The notes below the pieces were generated by a model. It had not been told where the DNA came from. It worked only from the letters and a program-made list of their open reading frames with translations, and searched no databases. 64,000 nucleotides of DNA, from NCBI GenBank assembly GCA_038257095.1, contig JBBSJQ010000016.1:30417-94416 (forward strand), written 5' to 3'. Source of the stretch: Solirubrobacterales bacterium. GTDB lineage: Bacteria > Actinomycetota > Thermoleophilia > Solirubrobacterales > Solirubrobacteraceae. Both the position numbers and the translations under genes were made by a program. This document shows positions 43,933 through 53,342 of the stretch, one piece after another. How positions within the stretch are numbered: position 1 is the first letter of the stretch; the number at the start of each line of letters is the position of its first letter.

Positions 43933-44468
43933 CATCCGCGCGTGACCGCCTGCTCGCCGTCGCGCTCGGCGAGTTCGCCGAGCGGGGATTCGACGCGGCA
44001 GTCACGCGGGCCATCACCGACGCCGCGGAGGTCACGGCCCCGGTGCTCTACCACCACTTCGGCAGTAAAGCCGGGCTGTTCGAAGCGGTCGCGACCTCGG
44101 TCATGGATCGCGTGATCGACGCGATGATCTCAGCGACGGCCGGTCGCCCGTCGCCGGCCGCCCGCTTGGACGGCATTCTCGACGCCTGCCTTTCGCTCCA
44201 GGCCGGCGAGCCCGAGCTGCCCCGCTTCGTCGTGGCGGCGCCGCTCGACCTCGCGCGACATCGCGAGCTCGCTGGAGCCGCCGCGCAGATGAATCGCCTG
44301 AGCGACCACCTTCGAGCGACGTTCGCGGACGACCCGAGATCGGGTTCCGTGGCATTGACGCTCGTCTACGGGCTGAGCCGGTCCGCGGCCCACCAGACGC
44401 CTGACGCGTTCGCCGAGACGGTCGACGCCGTGCGCGCGCTGGCGCACGGCGGCCTGATCCCGAGGTGA
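43929..44468 (+). CDS. TetR family transcriptional regulator
   Basis: AVTRAITDAAEVTAPVLYHHFGSKAGLF. GTG 43929 in GTGA overlap with the ECH stop. Confidence 0.8.
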   Translation: MTSARDRLLAVALGEFAERGFDAAVTRAITDAAEVTAPVLYHHFGSKAGLFEAVATSVMDRVIDAMISATAGRPSPAARLDGILDACLSLQAGEPELPRFVVAAPLDLARHRELAGAAAQMNRLSDHLRATFADDPRSGSVALTLVYGLSRSAAHQTPDAFAETVDAVRALAHGGLIPR

Positions 44469-44474
44469 GAGAAG

Positions 44475-45200
44475 TCAGCTTGCGCTGAACGCCAATAGCG
44501 CGTCGGCGATCTCGACCAGGACCTCCGCATTGGCCAGCATGCCGAGGTGCGACGCATTGACCATGCGCTCCTCGCGCGGGTCGGTCGCGCGGAGTCGCGC
44601 GCTACCCGGCACGATGTCATCGCGCGGAGACCAGACCACGCGCATCGGTCGCAGAGATGTCGACTTCTTCAGCGAGCTCGTGAACTCGCCGCAGCACCCC
44701 GCCCCTGCCACGCAGTCGCGGGAGGCGAAACCGGTCAGTCCGGCGGCGCGCAGGATCGCGAAGCCGTTCGCGGCGGCCAGGAGGGCCCGGCTCAGGCCTG
44801 CCCGAGTCCCAGGCGTGGCAAGAGTGATGACGCCCGCCACCAGCTCCGGATGCCGATCGGCCACAACCCGTGCCACCTGACCTCCACGGCTGTGGCCCAG
44901 GACGACGACGGGAGCGTCGTGTCGATCGACGAGCCACTTTGCGCTGTCGATCGCCGTGGCCATGAGCCGCTCCGAGCACGCGAGCATCGGCGCTGTGCGT
45001 GCGTGTGCGACGGGGTGACCGGCGGTCCTGAGCCACCGCTCGATCACGATGAACCCGTGGGCGGTCATCCCGAAACCGGGAACGAGTAGCACGGGAGCCG
45101 GCCGGCCAGACGGCGCGTACGCCCGATATGTCTCGCTCGTCAGGCAGCGAACAAGCTCCGTCGGCACCGTGACGGCACCCAGACTCCGCGGGACGAGCAC
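44475..45200 (-). CDS. Alpha/beta hydrolase, lipase/esterase-like
   Basis: VLLVPGFG, nucleophile elbow LGHSRGG. GTG start 5 nt after the mkl stop. Confidence 0.75.
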   Translation of the reverse strand: MLVPRSLGAVTVPTELVRCLTSETYRAYAPSGRPAPVLLVPGFGMTAHGFIVIERWLRTAGHPVAHARTAPMLACSERLMATAIDSAKWLVDRHDAPVVVLGHSRGGQVARVVADRHPELVAGVITLATPGTRAGLSRALLAAANGFAILRAAGLTGFASRDCVAGAGCCGEFTSSLKKSTSLRPMRVVWSPRDDIVPGSARLRATDPREERMVNASHLGMLANAEVLVEIADALLAFSAS

Positions 45201-45205
45201 GTCGA

Positions 45206-46000
45206 TCAGTTCATGTCGAGCGGGCCGCGCGCAGCACCCGCCAGGAACTGCTGGATGAACGGGTCCTCGGACTCACGGATCCGTGCACCCGGGCCGGCCT
45301 CGCGCACCTGGCCCTGGTAGACGACCGAGACGTGCTCGCCGACGATCTTGGCCAGACCGATGTTGTGAGTCACGGTCAGGATCGTTCCGCCGAGCTGCGC
45401 GTGCCGCTCGGCGAGCAGCTCACCGAGCAGCGCCGTCCGGACGGGGTCGAGCCCCGAGTCGGGCTCATCGCAGAGAAGCACACGCGGCTCCAGGACGAGC
45501 GCACGGGCCAGGCCGGCACGCTTGCGCATGCCGCCGGAGAGCGATGGAGGCATGGCGTCGGCGGACCGCTCGAGGCCGACGGCCTGCAGTTGTCCGATCA
45601 CGAGCTCGCGAACCTCGCGTTCGTTCAGATCGCTGTGCTGCCGGAGCGGGAACGCCACGTTCTCGTACACGCTCATCGAGCTGAAGAGCGCGCCGTCCTG
45701 GAACATCACTCCGATATCCCGGCGCAGGAGCAGGATGTCGCGCGCGGACATCTCGGCCAGGCTGTGGCCGCGGACGAAGACCTCACCCTGATCCGGCCGC
45801 ATGATGCCGATGATGTGCTTGAGCAGCACGCTCTTCCCGGTACCGGACGGCCCCAGGATCACCGACATCGCGCCCTCGGGGATCTTGAGGTCGCACCCGG
45901 CGAGCACCTTTTGCTTGCCAAACGCCTTGTGGAGGTCCCGGGTCTCGATCGCGAGGACGTCGGCCTCTCTCGTCTGGACGAGGTCGTCGTCGTACATCAA
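45206..46000 (-). CDS. mkl: Mce-associated ABC ATPase (MceG/Mkl, MlaF-like)
   Basis: Walker A GPSGTGKS, signature LSGGMRKR, Walker B LLCDEPDSGLD. Confidence 0.9.
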   Translation of the reverse strand: MMYDDDLVQTREADVLAIETRDLHKAFGKQKVLAGCDLKIPEGAMSVILGPSGTGKSVLLKHIIGIMRPDQGEVFVRGHSLAEMSARDILLLRRDIGVMFQDGALFSSMSVYENVAFPLRQHSDLNEREVRELVIGQLQAVGLERSADAMPPSLSGGMRKRAGLARALVLEPRVLLCDEPDSGLDPVRTALLGELLAERHAQLGGTILTVTHNIGLAKIVGEHVSVVYQGQVREAGPGARIRESEDPFIQQFLAGAARGPLDMN

Positions 46001-46452
46001 CTCCCCTTCCGTGCCGCGCGAAGCCGGTCCCGGAGGATCGCGTCGACGACGAGGTACTTGCGGACAGGTCCGTACGAGATCACGTCCCCGACGCTCGCAG
46101 CAAGCGGGATGTTCAGTTCGCCGCGGCAGAACTCGTCGACCTGCTCGTCGGTGAGGTGGATCTCGATCTCAGCCGCCCCACCGTCCATCGTCACTTCGTT
46201 CGGCTTGCGGTCTAGCAGCGCTACAACGCGATCCTCGCCGCCGCCACAGCAGAACGCGACGATGGTCCGAGCGCCGGAGAGCTTCACGCTCTGGGGCCCA
46301 TCCATCGCAAGGGCGCGCTGGAGCGCGTTGTAGAGGGTCTCTACCCGCTCGTCGTTCGTCACGGTCAGCACAGGGGTCGCCTGTGAGTGCATCGGGCCAC
46401 GTGCTGCTCCTCCCGCAGTCTCGTTCCAGTCTTCAGGGTTATTGTAGAACAT
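45997..46452 (-). CDS. SCP2-like (sterol-carrier-protein fold) small protein, tentative (alternative start ATG 46392)
   Basis: IEIHLTDEQVDEFCRGELNIPLAASVGDVISYGPVRKYL resembles the SCP2 C-terminal pattern. ATGA overlap with the mkl start. Confidence 0.5.
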   Translation of the reverse strand: MFYNNPEDWNETAGGAARGPMHSQATPVLTVTNDERVETLYNALQRALAMDGPQSVKLSGARTIVAFCCGGGEDRVVALLDRKPNEVTMDGGAAEIEIHLTDEQVDEFCRGELNIPLAASVGDVISYGPVRKYLVVDAILRDRLRAARKGS

Positions 46453-46455
46453 TTA
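46439..46455. promoter_or_regulatory. Operator candidate O8 TTATTGTAGAACATTTA (minus strand AAATGTTCTACAATAA)
   Basis: In the mceF/SCP2 gap. Minus strand carries TTGACG-19 nt-TACAAT. Confidence 0.5.
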
Positions 46456-46500
46456 ACCGCGGAGCCGTCAAGCGCTGCGAGGAGCAGCTGGCGTCACTAT

Positions 46501-47847
46501 TCAGCAGTCCGCCATGACCCGTGTGTATCCACCCTTGTAGTTGGACTGGTTGGTGGCCATGCCCTCCTGGTAGACCTCCCCGGCCTCGCCGGGCTTGGGC
46601 AGCGGGTTGTACCCGAGCTTGACCGACTTGCTGATCAGGCCCGACTGCAGGACCTGGCCGAGCAGCTCGGAGGAGCCCGCGGGGTAGAGGTGCTTCAGGC
46701 TCTCCACGCCGAACGTCACGCCGAGGCGGAACGCGTGTCCCGTGGTGTCGTAGAAGTTGCCCGACGACCCCATGCCCTGGAGAATCGCAGGGAGCTCACG
46801 GTGGTACGGCGCGAGGAACCGTAGGGCCGGGTTCACCTGACACAGCACCTTGCGGAGCTTCGGCAGCGCGTCCACCGTGGACGGCGTGAGCTTCCTCACC
46901 CGGTCGAGCGTGCCGCTCAGCGGAGGCGCGATCCTGTCGACCTCGTCAAGGACCTTTCCGCCCTCGACGGCGGCCGGCTGGAGCGACCGGACGGTGGGCT
47001 TGAGGTCCTTGACCGCTCCGCCGAGGTTGCGAAGCACGGGCGCCCCCGTTCGACTGACGGAGCGCACGGTGCGCGTCGTGTCGCGAACCGTATCGAGCGT
47101 CGCGGGAAGCCGGTCGAGGGTGTCCCGCAATGCGTCGTCACGCGCGGCGACCGCGCGGACGACGGCCACACCCGAGTCCGCCAGCTCCTTGACGGCCGCA
47201 CGGCGCTGCCCGATCGCGTCGGTCACCACGCCGAGGTCGTCCGTAAGGCGCGCGACCTGGGCGCGCCGCGCACGGAGGACCTCGAGCACCGGGCTCGCGC
47301 TCTTCACGGTCGCGGATGCTTCGCCCAGGATGGTGTTCAGCTGCGGGCCGCGCTTGTTTACGGCGTAGCCGAGGGCCCGCATGGTCGTCCGCGCATTCTG
47401 CCGCGTCTCACCTCGGAGTGCGTTGAGGATCTCGTCGACATTCACGTACTCGCGAGCACGACCGGCGGGCAGCGTGCCGCCGCTGGGCAGTTCCGCGCCC
47501 CCGCCCGGCTCTATCTCGATGTAGTTCTCTCCGACGACCGTGCGGAGGCGGACCGCGAAGCGGCTGTCGGTTGAGATGGGCGCGTACTTGTCGCTCAGCG
47601 AAAGCTCGACGCGCGCGCCGTCGCTCGTACGCATGATCGACTCGACCTTGCCGACCGGAAGGCCGGCGATGGTGACCGAGGCGTTCTTTGCGAGGGCCTC
47701 GGACGACTTCAGCGCGACGTTCACGCGATAGTCGCCGGAGACGTCCGGCAACGTCGAGCGACTCGCGAACATGGCGTAGAACCCGAGGAACGCGACCGCG
47801 ACGCCGACGGCGAGGATGAGCGGGAGTCTGGCAAGCAGGGTGCTCAT
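46501..47847 (-). CDS. mceF: MCE-family substrate-binding protein (sixth of six)
   Basis: N-terminal TM LPLILAVGVAVAFLGFY, MlaD-type VTIAGLPVGKVESI. ATGA overlap. Confidence 0.9.
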   Translation of the reverse strand: MSTLLARLPLILAVGVAVAFLGFYAMFASRSTLPDVSGDYRVNVALKSSEALAKNASVTIAGLPVGKVESIMRTSDGARVELSLSDKYAPISTDSRFAVRLRTVVGENYIEIEPGGGAELPSGGTLPAGRAREYVNVDEILNALRGETRQNARTTMRALGYAVNKRGPQLNTILGEASATVKSASPVLEVLRARRAQVARLTDDLGVVTDAIGQRRAAVKELADSGVAVVRAVAARDDALRDTLDRLPATLDTVRDTTRTVRSVSRTGAPVLRNLGGAVKDLKPTVRSLQPAAVEGGKVLDEVDRIAPPLSGTLDRVRKLTPSTVDALPKLRKVLCQVNPALRFLAPYHRELPAILQGMGSSGNFYDTTGHAFRLGVTFGVESLKHLYPAGSSELLGQVLQSGLISKSVKLGYNPLPKPGEAGEVYQEGMATNQSNYKGGYTRVMADC

Positions 47848-49169
47848 GGCTTGAACCCTCCGTCGCTGGTGGGCTCGGCCCCGAGCGGCTTCGTTCCGGT
47901 GCAACTCTCCGGGGCATAGACGTTCGGGTCGGAGACGGAGCCGAGCGTGTCGAGCGATGCGTTGAAGTCACCGCGTGCAGTCGTTCCGCCGACGGCGCCG
48001 TCGAACTTCGCGACGGACGGCGTCCACTGGAAGAAGCCCTGGAGGGCGACGCTGCAGTTCGCGAGGATCTTGGTCGCCTTGTCGATCGCTGCGACCTGGG
48101 GACGAAGGCGCAACGCGGACAGGTTGATGCCCGAGGCGAGGGGCCGCAGGGACCGTGACAGCGGGACGAGGCGCTGGACCGGACGCTGCAGGTCCTTGAC
48201 CGCCGGCTCGGCCACCTTCGTGAGGTTGCGGACCGCAGTGAGACCCGCAGGGAGGCGCTCCGCGGTCGGGTTGAGCTTTTCGACGGCGTCGTCCAACGTC
48301 GGGAGCAGCGTCCGCAGCGCGGCGAAAGACGAGTCGACGCGACTCAGTGTCGGCGGCAGCTGCTCAAGCGTGGCGGCGAGGTCGGGGGATCCTGCCTCGA
48401 GCGTCCGGAGGGTCGCCCCACCGGTCTGCACGAGCCGGGTCAGTTCCGCGTCGCGGTCGCCGAGGATGTCGGTCAGGGTCCCCGTGTCGTGGATCAGTTG
48501 CCGGGTCAGGCGATCGTTGCGCTGCAGCTGACCGGTCAGGCGCGCGGCGACCTGGACGAACGGCTCGACCTTCACGAAGGCCTCCCGAAGTGCCTCGCCG
48601 CGACCCTCGAGACCTCCACCCAGGTTCCGCAGGACCGTCGCCATATGTGTGCGGACGTCCGGGTCGAAGGCGTTGAGCACGTCCTCGGCTACGACGCTCG
48701 TGTCGGAGTTCTCTGCGAGTACCGGCTCGTCCTTCGTCGCACGACCGGCGCTCTCGGTACCGCGATCGAGGATGTCGACCGTCATGTCCTCGAGCGCCGT
48801 GACCGGGCGTAGCGTGATTGTCGCGTCGCGGTAGACCGGCCCGAAGTCCTTGTAGAGGTGCGCGGTGATGACCGCGGTGTTCTTGTCGCGGAGCTCGATG
48901 TCGTCGATCGCCCCAGCCTTGATCCCCTTGAAGCGCAGCTCCTGACGGCCGCCACCGATCACGCCGCTCGCGTCGTCGACCACGAACGAGATCTCCTGCT
49001 TCGGCGTGTAGAGGCCCTTCGCCACGTTCTTGACGATGTACGCCGCGCACCCGAAGGCGACGACTGCGCCGACGACGATGACGAGCATCGGCGAGACGCT
49101 CCGTCGAAGCTCGAGCGACACGCGCGTCTTCGTGAGGCGCTGCGTGAGGCGGTCCCTGATCTCGATCAC
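47844..49169 (-). CDS. mceE: MCE-family substrate-binding protein (fifth)
   Basis: TM MLVIVVGAVVAFGCAAYIV, LRFKGIKAGAIDDI. GTG 49169 in GTGA overlap. Confidence 0.9.
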   Translation of the reverse strand: MIEIRDRLTQRLTKTRVSLELRRSVSPMLVIVVGAVVAFGCAAYIVKNVAKGLYTPKQEISFVVDDASGVIGGGRQELRFKGIKAGAIDDIELRDKNTAVITAHLYKDFGPVYRDATITLRPVTALEDMTVDILDRGTESAGRATKDEPVLAENSDTSVVAEDVLNAFDPDVRTHMATVLRNLGGGLEGRGEALREAFVKVEPFVQVAARLTGQLQRNDRLTRQLIHDTGTLTDILGDRDAELTRLVQTGGATLRTLEAGSPDLAATLEQLPPTLSRVDSSFAALRTLLPTLDDAVEKLNPTAERLPAGLTAVRNLTKVAEPAVKDLQRPVQRLVPLSRSLRPLASGINLSALRLRPQVAAIDKATKILANCSVALQGFFQWTPSVAKFDGAVGGTTARGDFNASLDTLGSVSDPNVYAPESCTGTKPLGAEPTSDGGFKP

Positions 49170-50560
49170 GGCGTGGCTCCCTTCGCCGGGCGCGAGCGCA
49201 GAAGCTTGCTCACGGCACTGCTTCGGTTCGCGCTGCCGGGCGGAGACTGGAGCGGGTTGTAGGAGAAGACCGAGTTGAGGATGTCCGTGGCACTCGCGCA
49301 ACCAATGAGTTGCTCGGCCGTCGGGTCGGCGAAGTACAACCGGCACGGGATCGACTCGACGAACTTGTCGCCCGCGCCGAGGCCGAGGCTGACTAGATGG
49401 CCGTTCTGGTCGACAGCGGACGACACGGAGTTCAAGTTCGCCGCCGTCGGCCCGATCATCTCGTAGGTCGTCCGGCCTGAGGTCTTGTCGCGCTTGGCGA
49501 GGTCCGGCAGGACCGTCTCGTCGACGCGGGTGATACTGGGCTTGAGCTCGTCCAGCAGCGGACGTCCCGCCTTGGCCGCGGACGCGAGCGATCTGACGGT
49601 CGGCCGTAGCGAGCGGACGAGCGGACGAGCGCGTCGCAGGAGGTGGTCCGCCTCGAGCACGGTCGGACGGAGCGCCCGCACCGTCGGGGCGATTTCGCCG
49701 GCGGGCTGGCGGAGGTTCCGGACGAGGGTGTCCGCACCTTCGAGAGTGTCGTCGAGGCGGTCGAGGGTCTGACGGACGGACGGCATGACGACCGCGGCCC
49801 GGGAGAGCGTGTTCTGGACGGCGACGCGGTGCTCGGCAGTCGTGCCAAGGGTCGCGCCGCCTCCTTCGATGACGTCCTCGACGCCATCGCTCTCACGATC
49901 GAGCGCCGCTGTCACGCGGGATGCGTTGGCGACGAGCCGCCGGAGGTCACCTGGCTGCTCGCCCTGGGCGGTGTTCAGGCCGGCGGCGAGGGTCGGCGAC
50001 GCCTTGGCGACCGAATCGAGCGCCGCGGCGGGTGCTGCGGGATCCTGCAGCGACCTCGGCAGCTCCTCGAGCGTCGTGCGCAGGCCCTTGCGCTCATTCT
50101 CCTTTATCGCCGCGAGGATCTCGTCGACCTCGACCTGCGAAGACGTCTGATCTTCGGGGATCAGATCGCCCGGCAGCTTGCCTTTGCTCGCTGAACCGCG
50201 ATCGAGGTTGACCACGTAGTTCCCGCCGAGGACGTTGCGGAATCCGATCGAGGCCTTCGCGTCGTCGTAGAGCGGGAGCGAGTCGGAGTAGACCGACATC
50301 TCGACCGTCGCGGTGCGGCCGCCCGGGTCGAGCGAGATCTTCTTGACCTTCCCCTGCTGGACGCCCTTGACCCGGACGAACATCCCGGAGTGCAACAGAC
50401 CGGTATTCGCGAACCGCGCCTTGACGGTGGTCCCGTCCCGTTCGGTGACCTTCTGGAAGAACCCGGCGAACGTCAGCACCGTGACCAGGGTCACCAGGGC
50501 GAGCAGTGCGATTCCGACGATGGTCGAGGGCGGGCTTTTCGGGCGTCTACGCGAGCGCAT
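49166..50560 (-). CDS. mceD: MCE-family substrate-binding protein (fourth)
   Basis: TM IVGIALLALVTLVTVLTFAGFF, VRVKGVQQGKVKKI. ATG 50560 shares one nt with the upstream stop. Confidence 0.9.
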   Translation of the reverse strand: MRSRRRPKSPPSTIVGIALLALVTLVTVLTFAGFFQKVTERDGTTVKARFANTGLLHSGMFVRVKGVQQGKVKKISLDPGGRTATVEMSVYSDSLPLYDDAKASIGFRNVLGGNYVVNLDRGSASKGKLPGDLIPEDQTSSQVEVDEILAAIKENERKGLRTTLEELPRSLQDPAAPAAALDSVAKASPTLAAGLNTAQGEQPGDLRRLVANASRVTAALDRESDGVEDVIEGGGATLGTTAEHRVAVQNTLSRAAVVMPSVRQTLDRLDDTLEGADTLVRNLRQPAGEIAPTVRALRPTVLEADHLLRRARPLVRSLRPTVRSLASAAKAGRPLLDELKPSITRVDETVLPDLAKRDKTSGRTTYEMIGPTAANLNSVSSAVDQNGHLVSLGLGAGDKFVESIPCRLYFADPTAEQLIGCASATDILNSVFSYNPLQSPPGSANRSSAVSKLLRSRPAKGATP

Positions 50561-51909
50561 CACTTGCCGCCGATCGGGGTGTTGAAGTAGCGCGAGCCGT
50601 TGGCGTACTTGCACGCTGGCGAGTACGGCTCGGCGTGCCGCAACGACTCCGGGTCGCTGGCGATGCCCTGTACCGAGTCGAGCGACACGACCGGTGTGAT
50701 GCGCAGCACCATGAGCGGACCGATCTTGCCGTTCGGCAGGTCGGCTCCCTGTCCACCCTCGCCGCGGATGCCGTAGCCGAGCAGGCTGTGCCACGCCTGA
50801 CCGAAACTGTGGACATCGCAGGCACGGCTGCCGAGGGTGCGGATCGGCTGCAGCGCGACATCGAGCGCTTCCTGGGCCGGCTTCAGCACCGGCGACGCGG
50901 CGTTGAGGACGCGGAGGACGTCAGGAACCACCGGACGTACGTCGTCCAAAAGGTCGGCGGCGCGGTCCAGGCCCCGGTCGTGGTCGCGCAGAAGCCCGGT
51001 GGTCGCGCGAAGTGCCCCCGGTGCCGGCGGCAGCGTCGTCTCGACCGCGCTAGCGAGCACGCGGGCTGAAGACAGCAGCTGGTGGCCGGCGTCGAGGCCC
51101 GTTCTCGCGGCGTCGAGCGTCGGAGGTGCGGCGGTCAGGGTCCGGTCGAAGGCCTGGCTCTTGTCGACGAAGGGCTGGAGCGCCTGGGCAGCCGGTTCGA
51201 ACCCTTCGGTGCCGTTGCGCGCGTTGTCGAGCGCCGATGCGGTCGCGCCGAGGGACGGGGTCAGCCGCTCGGCTGCCCCCTCCCGTTCCAGGAACGCATC
51301 GGCCGTCGTCTCGAGCCCAGACGCGACTCCGGGGAGCCGGCCGAACGCCTGGTTCAGGCCTTTGCCGCGACCGAGGACACCGGCACCGAGGTTGTCAACC
51401 GTGTTGACAAGGCGCCGACGCGTTTTCAGGTCGAAGGTGTTGAGCGCGTCGGGCACGCCGTAGGTGAGGGCATCAGCACCGCCGCTGACGGTGTCCCGCT
51501 CGCTGAGCATCTGGGTGTCGGTCCCGGGGACCAGCTCGATGAAGCGCGCGCCGAGCAGCCCTTGCGCGCGGACGAAGACCTTGCTGTCACGGGGAAGCTC
51601 GGTGTCGCCGCTCAGGCGCAGCTCGACCAGTGCTCGGCCGTTGGCCGAGGACTCGATCGAGATCACCTGGCCGGCCCGGACACCGCCGATGCGGACGTCG
51701 TTGTGCGGTGCGATGTTCCCCGGATCGGGGACGGAGGCGAAGATGGTGTTGTAGGAGACGAGCGGCACGCCGTTAGGCGCCCGGCCGACGAGGATCGCGA
51801 AAAGCAGCAGCAGACCGAGAACGGCCATGCCGCTACCGACGACGGCGAACGGCCGCTTGTTCTCGCTGCGGCGGCGCTGACGCCGGCCACGGGACGTGGT
51901 CGAATTCAT
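50560..51909 (-). CDS. mceC: MCE-family substrate-binding protein (third)
   Basis: TM AVVGSGMAVLGLLLLFAILV, VRIGGVRAGQVISI. ATGA overlap. Confidence 0.9.
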   Translation of the reverse strand: MNSTTSRGRRQRRRSENKRPFAVVGSGMAVLGLLLLFAILVGRAPNGVPLVSYNTIFASVPDPGNIAPHNDVRIGGVRAGQVISIESSANGRALVELRLSGDTELPRDSKVFVRAQGLLGARFIELVPGTDTQMLSERDTVSGGADALTYGVPDALNTFDLKTRRRLVNTVDNLGAGVLGRGKGLNQAFGRLPGVASGLETTADAFLEREGAAERLTPSLGATASALDNARNGTEGFEPAAQALQPFVDKSQAFDRTLTAAPPTLDAARTGLDAGHQLLSSARVLASAVETTLPPAPGALRATTGLLRDHDRGLDRAADLLDDVRPVVPDVLRVLNAASPVLKPAQEALDVALQPIRTLGSRACDVHSFGQAWHSLLGYGIRGEGGQGADLPNGKIGPLMVLRITPVVSLDSVQGIASDPESLRHAEPYSPACKYANGSRYFNTPIGGK

Positions 51910-53342
51910 GGGCGCAAGAGGGAGTCGAGGACGGACGGGGACCCAGACTGCTTGCTTCCACCGGACGACCCGGTCAACGCTCCGAGCACGTCGTCGACGG
52001 TCTTGATGACGTCGTTGAGCGCCTCGTCGACCTTCGGGATCTTGGTCTCAGGCACCTTGATGGCCGGAACCTTGATCGACGGGGAGTCGCCGCCTGGCTT
52101 CTGCGGAAGCTGCAGCAAAGGCTTGACCGGCTTCTTGGCAGGGGCCGCCTGGGTGTCCTTCGTCTTCGCGGCCGGCGTCAGTCGGTTGACGAGGCTGAGC
52201 ACGACATCCGGCGTCAGCGTCGCCCGCCCGTGGAAGATGTGACTGATGCCGTCACGGTTCTGGATGGCGCGGGCCCAGCCCTCGATGATCGCGATGACGT
52301 CGCCGAAGCTCGTGTCCACCACGCGGCTCACGGGAACCAGGCTTTCCGAGAAAGTCGCGAGGGACTGCGCGGTGGGCACAGCCCGCTTGATGACGGGGGT
52401 GCCGCGAGAGGTCAGCCTGGTGAGCGACGGCGAGACCTGGCTCGCCTTGCGCAGCACCGGGGTGGCGGCGCGCTGGAAGCCCGGGAGCTCTGCAAGCGTG
52501 TCGGTCAGCTCCGGTGCGGCCCGCGCGAGAAGCCTCGCGGCCGGCTCGAGGGGCTTCGTCGTCTCTTCGAGCTCAACGAGGAACCGCTGCGCGCTCCGCA
52601 ACGTCGCAGGGGCCCTCGCCAACGTGGAGCGCAGCTCAGAGCGCCGGTTCGCGGTCGTCTCCAGTGCTGCACCGGACACGTCGACGAAGCGGACGAGTCC
52701 GTCGCTCTGGCGGTTCGTCTCGGCGATGAAGCCGCTCGCGTCCTTCACAAGGGTCGCCAGCGTGCGGTTGTCGGCGATGAGGGCGTCGAGCGCCTCTTCG
52801 CTGCGGCCGAGTGTGTTCGGCAGGACGGCGAGGACGCGGTTGAAGTCGGCCTTGCGGCCGGTGAGCGCGGTCCCAAGCTCATTGACGAGGATCTGCAGAC
52901 GGGTACGGGTGTCGGCGTCGAGGACGTTCAGCACCTCGTCGAGATCCGTGGGGAGGGTGACGCGGGAAGCCGGGATCTCGGCACCGGAAGGCTCGGGGCG
53001 GTCGAGGTCCCCCGGCTTGAGCTCGATGAACTTCGAGCCGAGTAGGTTGCTCGTGACGACCTCGACCTTGGCGTCCGGTCCGATCTTCTTGCCGTCGTCC
53101 AGCTTCAGCGTCGCCCGGACCTGGTCCTTCGATCCGTAGATGTCGAGCTTGTCGATCCCGCCGACGGGAACGCCGCCGATCTTCACCGGTGTTCCGTCTC
53201 GGAGCCCCCCGGCGTTCTCTAGGTCGACCATGACCTTATAGCCGTCGTCGCTGCCGCTTCGCATGACGAGGACGACCACGAGGACGATGCCGAGAAGCGC
53301 GAGGATGACGCCGAACCGCGCGTGAAGTGCCGGGCGGGTCAC
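51906..53342 (-). CDS. mceB: MCE-family substrate-binding protein (second)
   Basis: TM FGVILALLGIVLVVVLVM, VKIGGVPVGGIDKL. GTGA overlap. Confidence 0.9.
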   Translation of the reverse strand: MTRPALHARFGVILALLGIVLVVVLVMRSGSDDGYKVMVDLENAGGLRDGTPVKIGGVPVGGIDKLDIYGSKDQVRATLKLDDGKKIGPDAKVEVVTSNLLGSKFIELKPGDLDRPEPSGAEIPASRVTLPTDLDEVLNVLDADTRTRLQILVNELGTALTGRKADFNRVLAVLPNTLGRSEEALDALIADNRTLATLVKDASGFIAETNRQSDGLVRFVDVSGAALETTANRRSELRSTLARAPATLRSAQRFLVELEETTKPLEPAARLLARAAPELTDTLAELPGFQRAATPVLRKASQVSPSLTRLTSRGTPVIKRAVPTAQSLATFSESLVPVSRVVDTSFGDVIAIIEGWARAIQNRDGISHIFHGRATLTPDVVLSLVNRLTPAAKTKDTQAAPAKKPVKPLLQLPQKPGGDSPSIKVPAIKVPETKIPKVDEALNDVIKTVDDVLGALTGSSGGSKQSGSPSVLDSLLRP

